This document shows, piece by piece, positions 1 through 12,499 of a stretch of 64,000 nt of DNA. The notes below the pieces were generated by a model. It was not told where the DNA came from. It was given only the letters and a program-made list of their open reading frames with translations, and did not search any database. Source of the DNA: Paraspadella gotoi (taxonomy: Eukaryota; Animalia; Chaetognatha); the NCBI GenBank assembly GCA_051294375.1, contig CM119268.1, positions 1,606,885 to 1,670,884 on the forward strand, given 5' to 3'. Numbering within the stretch: position 1 is the first letter of the stretch; the number at the start of each line of letters is the position of its first letter. Made by a program: the position numbers and the translations under genes.

Positions 1-430
1 CTCCACAGAATGGAGACTGTCGATTTTTTCGCAAGGAACCTGAAGAGAATTCGAAAGAAAAAAAAAAGAAATGACGAGTCGTTAACGACGTTACCCTTGG
101 CAACGGATTCGAAGGTCTTGACAACGGTTGTTGTCTGGGCAACAGTTTATGGTACAATGCGAATGAAAAATTATGTGAAAATAAATTGGAAACTCTTTAA
201 AGACTGGATATATACAAATATTGTCTCTTTTGGCGATGTGATGTAAACTATTCGATTCATTGTGAAAAATGTCAAAACATGTGCATTTTACTGTCGCTTT
301 ATTTACGTTGAGTTTGAGCCCTTTTTTTTCTAAGAGGGGCAAAAACAAATCTCTCTCTTCTCGTCTCTCATCCTTCTCTCATCTCTCTCTCTCTCTCTGC
401 TTCTCTCTCTCTCTCTCTTTCTCTGCTATC

Positions 431-462
<32 letters not shown>

Positions 463-486
463 GTCTCTCTCTCCTCTCTCTTCTCT

Positions 487-519
<33 letters not shown>

Positions 520-688
520 GCGGTAAAATTACCTCTCCATTTATTCGTTCAATTCAAATTAACCCCATTAATTTTTTTTCAACCATTTTTTCTTCTTCTT
601 CGGTTTGTTTAAAAGTTGAAACGAGTCAATTTGTATTCCGACGTCCCTTTAACGTCTACCTTTCGCTTTTGAGGTCATTGCTTGCTTG

Positions 689-720
<32 letters not shown>

Positions 721-747
721 TCTTTCTTTCTTTCTTTTTTTCTTTCT

Positions 748-780
<33 letters not shown>

Positions 781-1340
781 TTTCTTCTTTTTCGCGGCAT
801 AGTAATAAAATAATGAATGCTTACTGCAATATATATTTAGCAATTTCTATCAATTTTAATTTGTTGCATTTTTTAATAACAATCTCATTTTCTTGTTACT
901 TTTTTTCTGTGTTTGGTTGCATCATTATTCATCTATCGATGGGTCCAATGCCCTAGCCAGAGGAAAACTGGAGCGAAGGCCGGATGAGAGAGAGAAATTA
1001 GAGCAGAGAGAGAAAGATAGAAAAAGAGTGAGGGAGAAGAGATAGCAGAGAGAGAGAAAGAGAGAAAGACAGAGAGAAAGAGAGAGAGCAGGAAGCAAAT
1101 GTAGAAACGCTGGAACCGGACGCAGTTGTTTCGCGCCCTTGAAATGATTCCTTGATGGATTTAACTCCGGGCGCTATCTATCTGTCCTGACTTCGTTTGA
1201 GATTTTTTAGTCACCTTTAACTCTGTCTTCATTATTTATTTTTTTTCTTTCTTTCCTTTCTTCTCTTTCTTTTCTTTCTTTTCTTCTTTCTATTTTTCTT
1301 TTTTCTTTCTTCCTTCTTTCTTTCTTCTTTCTTTCTTTCT

Positions 1341-1376
<36 letters not shown>

Positions 1377-1428
1377 TTCTCCTTTCTTTCTTTCTTTCTT
1401 TTTTTCTCTGTCTCACTCTCACGCTCAG

Positions 1429-1460
<32 letters not shown>

Positions 1461-3914
1461 CCCTCTATCTCTCTCTCTCTCTCTCCTCTCTTCTCTCTCT
1501 CATCTCGCCCCAATTCCTTTTCGAGAGACTGCTCGAATTCTCCAAGGAAAAAAAATGGCGACGATTGGCAAAAATACGTGAGGTTTCCAAACTTCTGTTT
1601 TCTTTCTCCTTCTCTTTTTTGGTTTCTTCTTTTCTTTCTTATTTTTTCTTTTCTTTTTTACTTACTTTTTCCTTTTTTTCTTTCTTTCTTCTTTTCTTTT
1701 CTTTTCTTTTCATTTCTTTCATTTCCTTTCTTTCTTTTACTTTCTTTTTCTTTTCTTTTCTTTTCTTTTCTTTTCTTTTTCTTTTCTTTCTTTCTTTTCC
1801 TTTTTCTTTCGTTTTCTTTTCTTCATTATTTTTCTTAACTTCTCTTTTCCTAACTTTTCTTCTCTTAGCTTTTCTTACTTTCTTTTCCCATTTCTTTTCC
1901 TTTCTTTTCTTTTCTTTTCTTTTCTTTTCCATCTTTTCCTTTTCTTTTTTTTCTTTTCTTTCTTTCTTACTTTTATTTTTTTTACCTTTCTTTCTTTCTT
2001 TTTCTTTACTTTACATTTTTCCCTTTTTTCTTCTCTTCTCTTCTCTTTTCTTCTTCTTTTTCTTCCTTTCCTTTCCTTTCTGTTATTTTTTACGTTTACT
2101 TTTCTTTTTCTACTTTTTCCTTTTTTTACTTTTCTTTCTTTTCTTCCCCCTCTCCACGCATGATATTTTTCCTTTCCTCCGTAGTTCTCTCTCAGGTTTT
2201 TCACGACTCATTAAAGCAAATCCCATCACTCCACTTAATCCTGCGGATTGGTTCCTCTATTCGCTCAAGGTAGGAGCATCTCTGCTCTAGTCTTTTTTTT
2301 TTGACTCTGGCAATATTTCTTATATTCCTCTCATTAGGCGTATTTTTTAGCGGGCGCAATTCTCAGTTCCCCAGAAACTTCCGCTTTGTCGAAATTAATT
2401 CTTATCCAACCCTTAAAATCATTCCCATCACTTCCGCTCCAATTCCATTCATATCCTCATTCCTACTCCGTCCTCTCATATATTCCCCTCCCCAATTCCA
2501 TCACATCCGCCTCGACTCCAACGTTCTATTCCCACTATCCGTCCTGATTATTTAATCCCCTCTCGCAATTCCGCATCATATCCGCTCGCCTCGATTCCCA
2601 TTATCCTTCCCAATCCCGACATCGTCCTCCATTCCCATCATCATCCCCTCATCACATCCACATATCCGCTCCCTCGATTCCTCATCCAAAATCATTCCAT
2701 TCTCCCTCCTAATTCCCATTCGCATCCACCGATTTCTACTTCGTTGCCAACCTCAGTCAGACTCGTCCTTGTCGTCAGAGGAGTAAGAGGAGAGTCGACC
2801 AACGAAGCGTCAAGATTAACGAAACTTTTAAAATATTTTAAATATATAATAATATACGTTATAAAAACATTTAGTTTAAAACATTGTTATATAATCTATT
2901 TAAAAAAATTTTTTATTATAAATTAAAGAAGCTAGTAATGTTAAAGTATACTAATTTAAGGATTTTAAATAGTTTAAGTCATACATTTTTTACAAAGAAA
3001 AGATTGTAAGCACAATATACTTTTCATCGAATTAAAAAAAGGAAAAAACTTAAGGGTAAAAATAATTAATAATAAGTTAATTCAATATTAGAAAGTAAAA
3101 ATAGATACAAACGTAATATGAGTTAAAAAAATGTTAATCTTAATAATATAACAGTATATGAAATATTGCAAATTACTTGTTTCACTATTTTCCATATTTT
3201 ATATTTTTTTTTAAAATTTTTATTATCTAATAATTCAATTTGGGAATGGGAAGTACAGTGTTGTCTTCTGGAAAATAGTGGGTGAGATTACTATTCGGTC
3301 TCTAGTTATAATATAACAATAATATACAGTACAAGATTTAAACTCAAATTCAAATTCGCAGACCTAAAAAGCATTTAAAAACATAAAACCAATTGTATGA
3401 AAAAGAAACGACAAATAAAAATATTTTCAAAAACACCGATTGAAACATATTTATTTTTCCGCTTTTTATATTCCCAACGTTTTCCTATAACGTTTCGCTA
3501 TAATATTTGTAAGGAATCCACTCGACGCCTTTTATTTTTTATCTCCGCTGCGGCAGCTGAGACGGACGCTGCGCCAAACCCTGCTGAAGCGGGATTGATG
3601 CGGCCAGCGCGGCGTCGCTTAGCAACGAATCAACATCTCGGGATCCTCTTTTTTTTCTTCTGCTTTTTATTTCCGGTCCGAACTGCCATTATATCAGTTT
3701 TCTTTTTTTTTCCACGTTTAGCCTTGCGTCACATGATAATAAATTGATTATTAATTATATTAAATTTATGTTTATCGTTTACTAGTCAAAACCACGATAC
3801 CATTTACTGTTTTTTGAAAATCGTCCATTTTCTAATTCAAAATTGTAATATCCTTTGCCAAACTATATGTTAATTGTATATCTCTCAAACCGTTGAAAAA
3901 AAAATCAATGAAAT

Positions 3915-4146
3915 TGAAGAGACAGAAGATAATTGTTATGTGTTTAGTGACAGAAACCGTTCAATATAAGCAGTCCCTGAACTTCGGATAGGATATTACA
4001 CCGTGTTTTACAGGCAGGTTAAAGCGCCTCGTCCCTCTTAACTGTTAGGCGACCACCGGGCTAGAACCCGACCTTGGGGTTGGGGGCGATGATTGCTGGC
4101 ACCTATGGCCGCTGATGAACGGTTGGTGGATTAGTCACCATATAAT
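3915..4146 (-). mobile_element. Full copy of the tRNA-containing subTIR/hairpin repeat
   Basis: Reverse complement of 50209-50436, with both ends present. Confidence 0.8.
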
Positions 4147-4305
4147 CGTTATCGAATTTAAAACCAAACGTACTTTTTACTTTTTTACATATATTATTAT
4201 ATATTAAGACTTTCCTGAAGAACTTATGCATTCTATCTTCCCAGTTGTTTTCCTTCAACATTTAACGCGACAATATATTAAATGCTCCAAAATATATCTA
4301 TTTTT

Positions 4306-5545
4306 AGTCACGGATCTGCTAAATCAGGCAGATCCCGACTCTATAACTCACTTTTTATAACTCACCTTTTTCGGTCCGTCGGTCGCCCTCAATATTGTCG
4401 GGCAACCCACTTATATCATGTCAGAACATGCGAATTATGATAAATTATGCAAAAAAAATGATGTCCCGTCCCGTCCGTCCGTCCGTCCGTCCCGTCCGCC
4501 GTCCGTCCGTCCGCCGTCCGTCCGTCCGTCCGTCCGTCCGTCCGTCCGTCCGTCCCACCTTAGCAAAAAACAACCAATTACTCGTGATTGGAATGGATGG
4601 ATTTAAATGAAATTTTGTGTGTGGATAGGTAAGTGTGGATTGAGCTGGATATTAAGTTTCGATGGAATCGTCGAGTGGAAATGAGTTAAATGAAAAAACA
4701 AAAAAAATATATTCCACTATTTGAACACCAATTGCTCATAAGTTGGATGGCTGATGACGCTGGAATTTTGTATGTGGGTAGGAAAAGTGTGTGATTGAAC
4801 AGGAAATCAAGTTTCGATGGAATAGTTTGAGTGGAAATGAGTTTAAATGGAAAAAAAACAAAAAAACCTGTTTACTAATTGATATCTTCTTTTTCCTTTT
4901 TATATTAAATGTATCTCAGGATGTATTAATAAATCAAATAATTAATTAGTTAATTAATCAATTAAGTAAATTAAATTTAATCAATAATTAATTAATTAGT
5001 CAATCAATCGTCCATCCGTCCCATCTAGCAAAAAAGCCTCCATAACTCGTGATTGGCTTGGTTGGATTGGAATTTAAATTTTGTGTGTGGGTAGGAAAGT
5101 GTGTGAATAAAGCTGGAATATAAATTTCGAATGGAATCGTGTGAGTGAAAATTAGTTTAAATGAAAAAAACATAGTTCGAATTAACTAAATCTTTTTACT
5201 TATTTTAACATAAATACTCCTATTAATCATAATTGGATGGATAGAATTGAGTTGAATTTTTGGTGTGTGGGTAGGAAAACGTATGACGAAGCTTGATATA
5301 ATGTTCAGTGGAAAAGTACCAGTGGAAATGAGTTTAAATGAAAAAATATGAGTCATCATTTACTAATGAAATCTTTTATTATTTTACCCATGATAGATGA
5401 GATGAAATTTTGTGAGCCGGTAGGAAAGGAGTGAAGAAGCAGATATAAAGTTTTGAACGGAATGCAAGTTGAAAAATTATGCAAGTTGAAAAAAATGATG
5501 CAAGTTAAAAAAATCTTAAAAGCATAAGGATCGTCGCTATTGCAT
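4306..5545 (+). mobile_element. Long DINE-1/HINE-like element, family B, with internal ~150-180 bp tandem repeats
   Basis: T-run + palindrome AGTC..GGATCTGCT..GCAGATCCCGACT, core similar to family A (ctctataa.tcactttt..cggtc), (GTCC)n, repeated gtgggtaggaaagtgtg units. Inverted copy at 39140-40994. Confidence 0.75.
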
Positions 5546-5980
5546 TAAAAAGAAGAGAAGAGAGAGAGAGAAAGAGAGAGTGAGAGAGAGAGAGAGAGTG
5601 AGAGAGAGAGAGAAGAGAAGGGACATAAAATAAAAAAATCTTAAAAGACTCAAGATCGAGCCTAGAGCCACTATCATAGAAAATTAATGAAAAAAAACGG
5701 GAAAACGAATGAATCAATGCGAATAACGAATTGTTGATGTACTAAGTAATTGATTGAAGGTATATAACTAAATTGATTGATGTAATCAGTAATTTATTTG
5801 ATGTAATTGGAATTGATTATTGATGCGATGATAATCAATTATTGATGCGATGATAGTCATTCACTGATGTGAGATAGTCATTCAGTGATGACGATGATAT
5901 GTCCATTCCATTGATGCGATGATTGTCATTCAATGATCGATGATAGTCAATAAAAACACAAATGCGTGTATGAAGATGAA

Positions 5981-6013
<33 letters not shown>

Positions 6014-6050
6014 GAGAGAGAGGAGAGAGAAAGAGATGAGAGAGAAAGAA

Positions 6051-6083
<33 letters not shown>

Positions 6084-6509
6084 ATAAAATCCACGAAAAT
6101 CTCGATGAAAATATGGGAATTTTGTATTGAAAAAAGCGCGGAATAAATGGCAAATAATAAATTTTTAGAAGGAAAAAATAAAATCAGAAATTTTCAAAAA
6201 ACAACGATCACGCAAAAGATCGGACAGATAGGGACAGACCAAAAATGAGGGAAAAATCCGGAACTGTGCGACTTGATGAAACTAATGTGCTCAATGTAGC
6301 GAAGTGTAATTTACTTTTTTTTAGTAAATTTCGCCTTATGGTTAAAGATATAACCGGGAAAGTAAAATAAACCATTTTTTTACGCGAAAGAAACGTAAAA
6401 AAAAACATAAAATCATTTTACCTAAAAAATTTTCATTTCTCATTGGGAAACAACGTTTCCTTTTTAATTCTTAATTCTCCCGTGGTAGAAAACCTTATGA
6501 TTTTATTTA

Positions 6510-7330
6510 CATATTGTAGATTTCATTGAGTACCACTAATATTTTAAGTTTTCTCACTGTCGCGATATCTCCCTCCTTCATCCTCCTTCTCCATCCCCCT
6601 ATGCCCCCCCTACTCCGCCCCTTCTCCCCCACCACCCCCAACATCCGCCCAAATGGGCGTGGCGGATGTCATTTCCGGCGACTTTAGTTTGGCGCCGAAT
6701 TTCATGAATTTCTTCGGAGTTCCGGCGGAAACCGGCGCGGGGCGGCGTCCTTGGCGGCGTGGGCGGCGCTGGCGGCGCGGGTGCCGTCCTTGGCGGCGTC
6801 GAGGCCGGCGTCACTCGGCGTCCTTCTGCGAGGTTGTCGTCCCGGATGTCGTTCCGATTATTGCTTTTGTCGTCCCTTTCGGTGATGTAGTTTCGATTGC
6901 TGTTGTGGTCCTTTTTTCAGATGTAGTGACTGTGAATGGTTTTGTTTCTGTTGCCGTTGTAGTCCTTTCTGCTGATGCAGTATTAGTAAATGTTGTAGTC
7001 CCTTTTGCTGATGTAGTATTAGTAAAGGTAGTAGTCGCTGATGTACATAGTTCCGTTGATGTTAACAGGTAGCGCAATTTAAGCCTCTCTCTCTCTCTCT
7101 CTCGAACTCAAAACCATCATTAAATCAAAGTAATTAACGAGTTAAAAGCAGAGGACACCGCTGCGTCGTCGTCGTCTTCATCGTCGTCGTTATCGTCGTC
7201 GTCGTCGTCGTCGCTGGAACTCGGCGGGCTACGTCTCAAGGCAACTCTCAATCGGCAGCCACTTTCGAAACGAGGTCGAAAACAAAGACGTTTCGACCTT
7301 TACTCGTCGTAGTCGTTCGCGTAGCGAATG
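6510..7330 (-). CDS. Thr/Pro-rich and Asp-rich low-complexity (mucin-like) coding region with frameshifts, copy 1
   Basis: GC-rich non-microsatellite sequence translating to TTTFTNTTSAKGTTTFTNTASAERTTT...TPASTPPRTAPAPPAPPTPP and upstream SLRERLRRVKVETSLFSTSFRKWLPIES...DDDDDNDDDEDDD. Frames shift at single-base indels that differ between the two copies. Confidence 0.5.
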
Positions 7331-8603
7331 TCCTGGACGTAAAAAAAATGCCTTTTTTTTACGGGATATGAATGTTTTATTNNNNNNNNNNNNNNNNNNN
7401 NNNNNNNNNNNNNNNNNNNNNNNNNNNNNNNNNNNNNNNNNNNNNNNNNNNNNNNNNNNNNNNNNNNNNNNNNNNNNNNNNNNNNNNNNNNNNNNNNNNN
7501 NNNNNNNNNNNNNNNNNNNNNNNNNNNNNNNNNNNNNNNNNNNNNNNNNNNNNNNNNNNNNNNNNNNNNNNNNNNNNNNNNNNNNNNNNNNNNNNNNNNN
7601 NNNNNNNNNNNNNNNNNNNNNNNNNNNNNNNNNNNNNNNNNNNNNNNNNNNNNNNNNNNNNNNNNNNNNNNNNNNNNNNNNNNNNNNNNNNNNNNNNNNN
7701 NNNNNNNNNNNNNNNNNNNNNNNNNNNNNNNNNNNNNNNNNNNNNNNNNNNNNNNNNNNNNNNNNNNNNNNNNNNNNNNNNNNNNNNNNNNNNNNNNNNN
7801 NNNNNNNNNNNNNNNNNNNNNNNNNNNNNNNNNNNNNNNNNNNNNNNNNNNNNNNNNNNNNNNNNNNNNNNNNNNNNNNNNNNNNNNNNNNNNNNNNNNN
7901 NNNNNNNNNNNNNNNNNNNNNNNNNNNNNNNNNNNNNNNNNNNNNNNNNNNNNNNNNNNNNNNNNNNNNNNNNNNNNNNNNNNNNNNNNNNNNNNNNNNN
8001 NNNNNNNNNNNNNNNNNNNNNNNNNNNNNNNNNNNNNNNNNNNNNNNNNNNNNNNNNNNNNNNNNNNNNNNNNNNNNNNNNNNNNNNNNNNNNNNNNNNN
8101 NNNNNNNNNNNNNNNNNNNNNNNNNNNNNNNNNNNNNNNNNNNNNNNNNNNNNNNNNNNNNNNNNNNNNNNNNNNNNNNNNNNNNNNNNNNNNNNNNNNN
8201 NNNNNNNNNNNNNNNNNNNNNNNNNNNNNNNNNNNNNNNNTTTTTTTCCTTTGCTTTGCTTTGCTTTTTTTTACGCGCGTGGCAGATTTAAAAACGGAAA
8301 ATTGAGAAGAGACTCGAAGGAGAATAGGCTCATCCGTTTTGGTTAACGCCACAAAGAGGCGAGGGGTTATTTCAGGGCGGAGCGGTCGTCGAATACCACA
8401 TAATAATACCAAAATGAGTAAAATACAAACATTTCTACGTACAAAAGAAGATTATAAACAATATATCAAGACTATTGATTGTACTGTACATATATACACT
8501 GTATATATGTACAGTACAATCAACTGTATATTATACAGTCGCTTTTTTTATTTTTAAAAGTGTTTTCTCGTCAGCGGCTTCGCCCGAATTTCCTTGTTAA
8601 TTT

Positions 8604-8753
8604 TGAAGAGACAGTAATTATTGTTATGAGTTAGAGACAGAACCGTTCAATATAAGCAGTCCCTGAGCTTCGGATCGGGCTGTAACACCATGTTACAGGC
8701 CGGTTAAGCGCCCCGTCCCTCTAACTGCTAGGTGGATTTTAGTCCACCATAAT
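8604..8753 (-). mobile_element. Internally deleted copy lacking the tRNA part (duplicate at 17284-17431)
   Basis: Both ends retained; ctaactgcta is joined directly to the ggtggattttagtccacc hairpin. Confidence 0.8.
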
Positions 8754-9861
8754 TTCTACGTTTTCGTCTGTCCATTTTTTAATTGTTTCCCAAAAAGAAA
8801 AGGAAATAACAAAGTAGAAGATGAAAGAGAGAAAAGTTTTTCTCGTCTTACTATATCTAATGAATTTCGCGTTTGTGATTCTTGGTGGAATCCGATAGAG
8901 GCGCTCATACTCAAAAACAAAAGATTAAAGGGAACTAAAGCGAATCAGTTTTCGTGCCGATTTGAGCTTTTATTTATTTTTTTTTTCGGGCAACATCAGC
9001 AAATCATCGTCGATTGAAAATAACGAAAATGAGATGCAATGCGTTTATAAATCAAAAAGGAAAAATTAAAGTCGTACTAAACGCTGAGTCGCGGTAGCTT
9101 AACTTTTAACTGTTTATAATGAATACCATAATTTAACATTTTTTTAAAACAATTATGATAATTCGAATATATACAGTTTTTCGCCGAGTTTTCGTTTCAA
9201 GAGCTAAATTGAAGTCACCGAAAAGAAGTACAAGTAAATCTTAAGTATATATTTGTTTTTATTTAAAAATCTTCACCATCCATGACGGGCGAAGAAACGC
9301 GCAAGACTGACGGCGAACTTAAAGCAAATTTGCATGTAATTAAAAAAAAACCATGAATCCGCGAGTTTTAATTATCCATTAATCAGGAAGGCTTCTCCGT
9401 TACTTTTCCTGGCGAAACATTAAACTTTCAGGATTTGTTTGGATCGAAGATTTTTCGCGCGCGAGAGACGAAAGAAGAAGAAGAGATTCTTGAATAATTT
9501 AGGGGAATCGTGGTTGACCCAATTTCGTTGGCGGGTGCGAAAAGGTGACGACCGAAAAGATTGGAGATTTGATTTGATTTGATTGATAATTGATTAATTG
9601 ATATTATTGATTGATTAATTGAATTATTTGATTTGGATTGATTAATGAATTATTTATTTATTTTTATTTATTTATTTATTTATTTATTTTTTATTTATTT
9701 ATTGATTGATGATGATTGATTATGAAATTGTATTGATTGATTGATTGATTTATTTATGATTGATGATTGATTTGCATTGATTTGATTGATTATTGATTTT
9801 ATTTATTTATTTATTGATTAGCGAATTACTTACATGTTGTCATAGTGACTTATTTCGATCC

Positions 9862-10013
9862 ACAACCCTTCACCTGGATCGATCCCCAATGGAACCTACC
9901 TTGCTGAAAGCTTGAGGACGGCCGTAAACCGCCTTGAGGGCGTGGAAAACCCTCAAGCCCGGTTACACGCGCAGGACCCTTTCCATTGCTGCTGAGGGGC
10001 CAGAAAAGATACG
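9862..10013. mobile_element. Inverted partial copy of the solo-LTR-like family (duplicate at 18488-18630)
   Basis: gaggacggccgtaa..ggcgtggaaaaccctcaagccc..caggaccc..ccattgctgct..gagggg is the reverse complement of the family core. Confidence 0.65.
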
Positions 10014-10773
10014 GTTAGTAGTCTTGATTGATATATTTGATTGATCGATTAAAGGAATGAAATAAATACGTAAATGAAGGAATAAATGAATGAATGAATG
10101 AATGAATGAATGAATGAATGAATGAATGAGTAAATAAATATTCGAATAAATAATTAAACTGATGAAAAAAATCAATGAGCTAAGGGCTGCTTAACGATTT
10201 CTCGAACCTCAGTTTCCCCCTCGCCCCCCCACACACCCCCACCCCTCTTCCCCACCCCCCCTTCCGCCTCTCTTTCCCCTCTCAGTGGGGAGAGGCGGCG
10301 TGGGGAAAGGAATTGTCCGATATTATGGGCAGCGCAATAAATCGTTGGGTCGACCATTTGGAAATCGTTCTCCGCCGTCGATGACGACGACAAAGAGAAG
10401 ACGATGACGACGACGACGACGACGACGATGACGACGACGACGAGGACTACGACGTCGTCTCCCAGCGTTTTTGTGGCTGACGAATTGACGTTTAAAAAAA
10501 ATCAATTCATAAGGACAAATTTAGAATTTTTAAATTTCAAATTCCAAATTCAAATTTGAAAATGTAACATTATCGCTGATTGGTTTTGATGCCATCGGTT
10601 TGAATTTAATACATTCTTGTGATTAACAAGACATTAACTACATTTGTACTCGGTTCCAAGACCAAGGCGCTGGGTACTTCTCTTCGCTTCATCATCTCCC
10701 ATTAGATTCTCTTCTCTATTTTTCGACTCTTTTCTCTTTTCTTTTCCTCTCTTTCCAGTCTTTATATTTTTTT

Positions 10774-11091
10774 AGTTGCGCCGCGAATACTCGCGGAGCA
10801 ACTCTATAAGTCACTTTTCGGTCGGTCGGTCTGTCGGTCGGTCCGTCGGTCGGTATGTCTGTCCGTCGGTCTGTCCCACTTACCTTAAAAATGCATATGA
10901 TTTGCCTATAGTATTTAAAAAATCCTAAAACTATAAGGAATAAAATACGGAATTTTTATTCAGTGCATGTCATAAATACACGGGCTAAGAAAGTTATTGT
11001 AGTCATGTCACGTCATGTCATGTCACATCTCAAAAAATACCCGTGAATAGGCAGTCACTGCGGCGCAACACATTTGAATTACCGTTCTTGT
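10774..11091 (+). mobile_element. DINE-1/HINE-like non-autonomous Helentron, family A (duplicate at 19393-19685)
   Basis: T-run, 5' palindrome AGTTGCGCCGCG..CGCGGAGCAACT, (GTCG/GTCT)n microsatellite, 3' subTIR GCGGCGCAAC (11060-11069). Confidence 0.75.
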
Positions 11092-11120
11092 CAACACACT
11101 TTTCACAGAGAATCAAAGTT

Positions 11121-11313
11121 TGGTACGGGAGGCAAGTCATTCGCCTTCAGACCCAAAGGTTCGGGGTTCTAGCCCGGTGGTCGCCTAGCAGTTAAGAGGA
11201 ACGGGGCGCTTAACCCGCCTGTAACACGGTGTTACAGCCTGATCCGAAGCTCAGGGACTGCTTATATTGAACGGTTCCGTCACTAACTCATAACCATTAT
11301 TACTGTCTCTTCA
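11121..11313 (+). mobile_element. Copy lacking the hairpin end (duplicate at 19713-19898)
   Basis: Starts within the tRNA-like part and runs to actgtctcttca. Confidence 0.8.
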
Positions 11314-11877
11314 CCTTTGTCTCTCTTCTTGCGCTCTCCATCTTTCTTTATATATAAGTCAAATCTTTCCAAATTCGAATTCGTTTTTTTGTTGTTTTTT
11401 TTTATTCACCGCGCCATCTGTGGCTCGAATTAAGTCAATCTTGGTGAGTGAATTGTGTGTTTTCTCTTTAAAAGTTCGACGCTTCGAACGACCGCGATTG
11501 ATTGGATCGAAAAACAACAGCAAACAACAAACAAACAACAACAACAACAACAACAATGAGAAGGAATTCGTCGCAAATCTCCCTTTTTTGTTTTGTTGAC
11601 GCCTGACGAAGCTAAACGGTTAACGGTTAACGGTTAACGGTTAACCTCCGCGCGTCTCTCTTCGCTTATAGTCACGCGATGTTTGGCGTCGCCATGTCAA
11701 CTCAGTTGAAGTGAAAACGAGGCCTTAATACTCAATAGTGACACGTAGCGTATTTGTCTTAATTGCTTCGGTCCGAAACCGTGGATACCGTCCTCTGTTT
11801 AAAAACGACATCCGATCTGAAATTACCTCTGTTTGATATTATTTCTCTTTAAAAATTAGCGTGTCTTGTATTGTTGT

Positions 11878-12100
11878 AACGTCATGTCAATGTCGTGTCC
11901 CGTTATGTCATTGTCGTGTCCCGTCATATCAATGAAACGTCATGTTAATGACGTGTCACGACATGTAAATGTCGTGACAATGTCGTGTCCCGTCATGTCA
12001 ATTTCGTGTCACGTCATGTCAATGTCGTGTCACGTCAATGTCGTGTTACGTCAATGTCGTGTCACATCATGTCAATTTCGTGTCATGTCATGTCAATGTC
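11878..12100. repeat. ~21-bp degenerate minisatellite (gtcatgtcaatgtcgtgtcac); duplicate at 20430-20650
   Basis: Tandem units visible; explains the Cys/Met/His-rich spurious ORFs there. Confidence 0.85.
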
Positions 12101-12443
12101 GCTCTGCTCGCGTCTCATTGTCTTCAAACTCTGCTCGCCCTCAACTTCCCCCTTTCCTCCATCTCCTCCTCCTCTATCTCCTCCTCCTCCTCCCCTTTTT
12201 TCACCCCCCCCTCTCCGCCCCCCTTCTGAGCGACATATGTTTCGAAGTCATCGATGATAACGACGTCCGGTCGTCGTCGTCGTCGTCGTCGTCGTCGACT
12301 TTCCTTATTTTCGAGACAAAGTCGATTTTTCTTTTTTTATTTAAAAAAAAGGAAAAAAATGTGGCGACTGCCAGATGATGCCGCCAGTGTTAATGAAAAA
12401 AATTGTTGTAACGGGTCGAAGAGGAATAGGAGACCGATGCTTT

Positions 12444-12499
<56 letters not shown>

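Noticed and set aside
1-140. Two small minus-strand exons (39-1, ~137-98)
   Set aside because: Splice signals are plausible, but all three frames are open and no product is recognisable; the site also overlaps an X-box.
269-2290. Long Phe/Ser/Leu- or Arg/Glu/Lys-rich ORFs (also 21526-22555, 42800-43960, 46546-47227, 53100-54930)
   Set aside because: Translations of (CT)n/(AG)n and T/C-rich microsatellites that lack stop codons.
4108-4125. CTGATGA hammerhead core in the tRNA/subTIR repeat
   Set aside because: No correctly placed GAAA after the pairing strand; it overlaps the subterminal inverted repeat.
7300-8412. ORFs of 200-370 aa spanning X runs (also 13067-13804, 25946-27028, 48428-48853)
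   Set aside because: Open only because they cross N gaps.
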